Source of the DNA: Selaginella moellendorffii
Taxonomy: Eukaryota > Plantae > Lycopodiophyta
Assembly: GCF_000143415.4 (NCBI RefSeq)
Contig: NW_003314263.1
Span: forward strand, 4,012,500-4,076,499
Length of the DNA stretch: 64,000 nucleotides
Direction of reading: 5' to 3'
The notes under the pieces were generated by a model, which was given only the letters and a program-made list of their open reading frames with translations, was not told the origin of the DNA and did no database searches. Below, piece by piece: positions 63,790 to 64,000 of this stretch (positions are counted from its first letter, which is position 1; each line of letters starts with the position of its first letter). The position numbers were made by a program, and so were the translations under genes.

Positions 63790-64000
63790 GGTTTGAGAAA
63801 CTCCTGTCCTTGGCTTGCACTTGCTAGTATCAAGAACCCCCTCGATATTGAGATTCGTCCCTCAATATCGCTAGATGATAGCTTACTGTGTCTACCAAAC
63901 ACCCTTGCTATCATGCCCTTTGTGTTAGTCTCATTTCGATCCCAAATGCTATTTATGGAAATTGTTCAGATTTGCTCATTTGGCATATCTATGGAATGTA
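63790..64000 (-). repeat. Dispersed repeat, copy 2 (homologue of 11358-11545), runs off the window
   Basis: By-eye reverse-complement similarity. Confidence 0.7.

Noticed and set aside
63860-63890. DDSLL as a LINE RT (F)ADD motif
   Set aside because: Both repeat copies have an extra base before the motif, and the flanking frames show no other RT motifs.

Overview
Eukaryotic, plant-type DNA. The TTTAGGG tracts, PLS-class PPR gene and ~50-bp introns suggest a lycophyte such as Selaginella (inference). The window is a heavily nested transposon landscape with one apparently intact host gene, an M1 aminopeptidase (18381-21876, minus) with a divergent GAMEN motif. It also holds a PPR pseudogene split by an L1-type LINE. 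The left part contains a Gypsy integrase remnant, a P-element-like transposase remnant, a 5S-derived Cassandra-like TRIM, a tRNA-Arg-primed LTR element with a nested TRIM, a LysM-RLK fragment and a PIF/Harbinger remnant. A second LINE copy (minus, ~24800-48430) is interrupted by a non-autonomous LTR element and by the most striking object here: a 12.5-kb DNA transposon (34969-47447). It has perfect 24-bp TIRs and a 4-bp TSD and encodes a Sola-like DDD transposase. Divergently it carries a large multi-exon cargo gene with a possible degenerate amino-DNA-methyltransferase fold and an FCP1/NIF-type HAD phosphatase. The element is studded with a 22-bp palindrome, ATGGCRTG-N6-CAYGCCAT, in introns, coding regions and near both ends. 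The right part is a decayed chromovirus with a second non-autonomous LTR element and a solo LTR nested inside it. Four N gaps limit interpretation. All domain calls are by-eye motif recognition, not database results.
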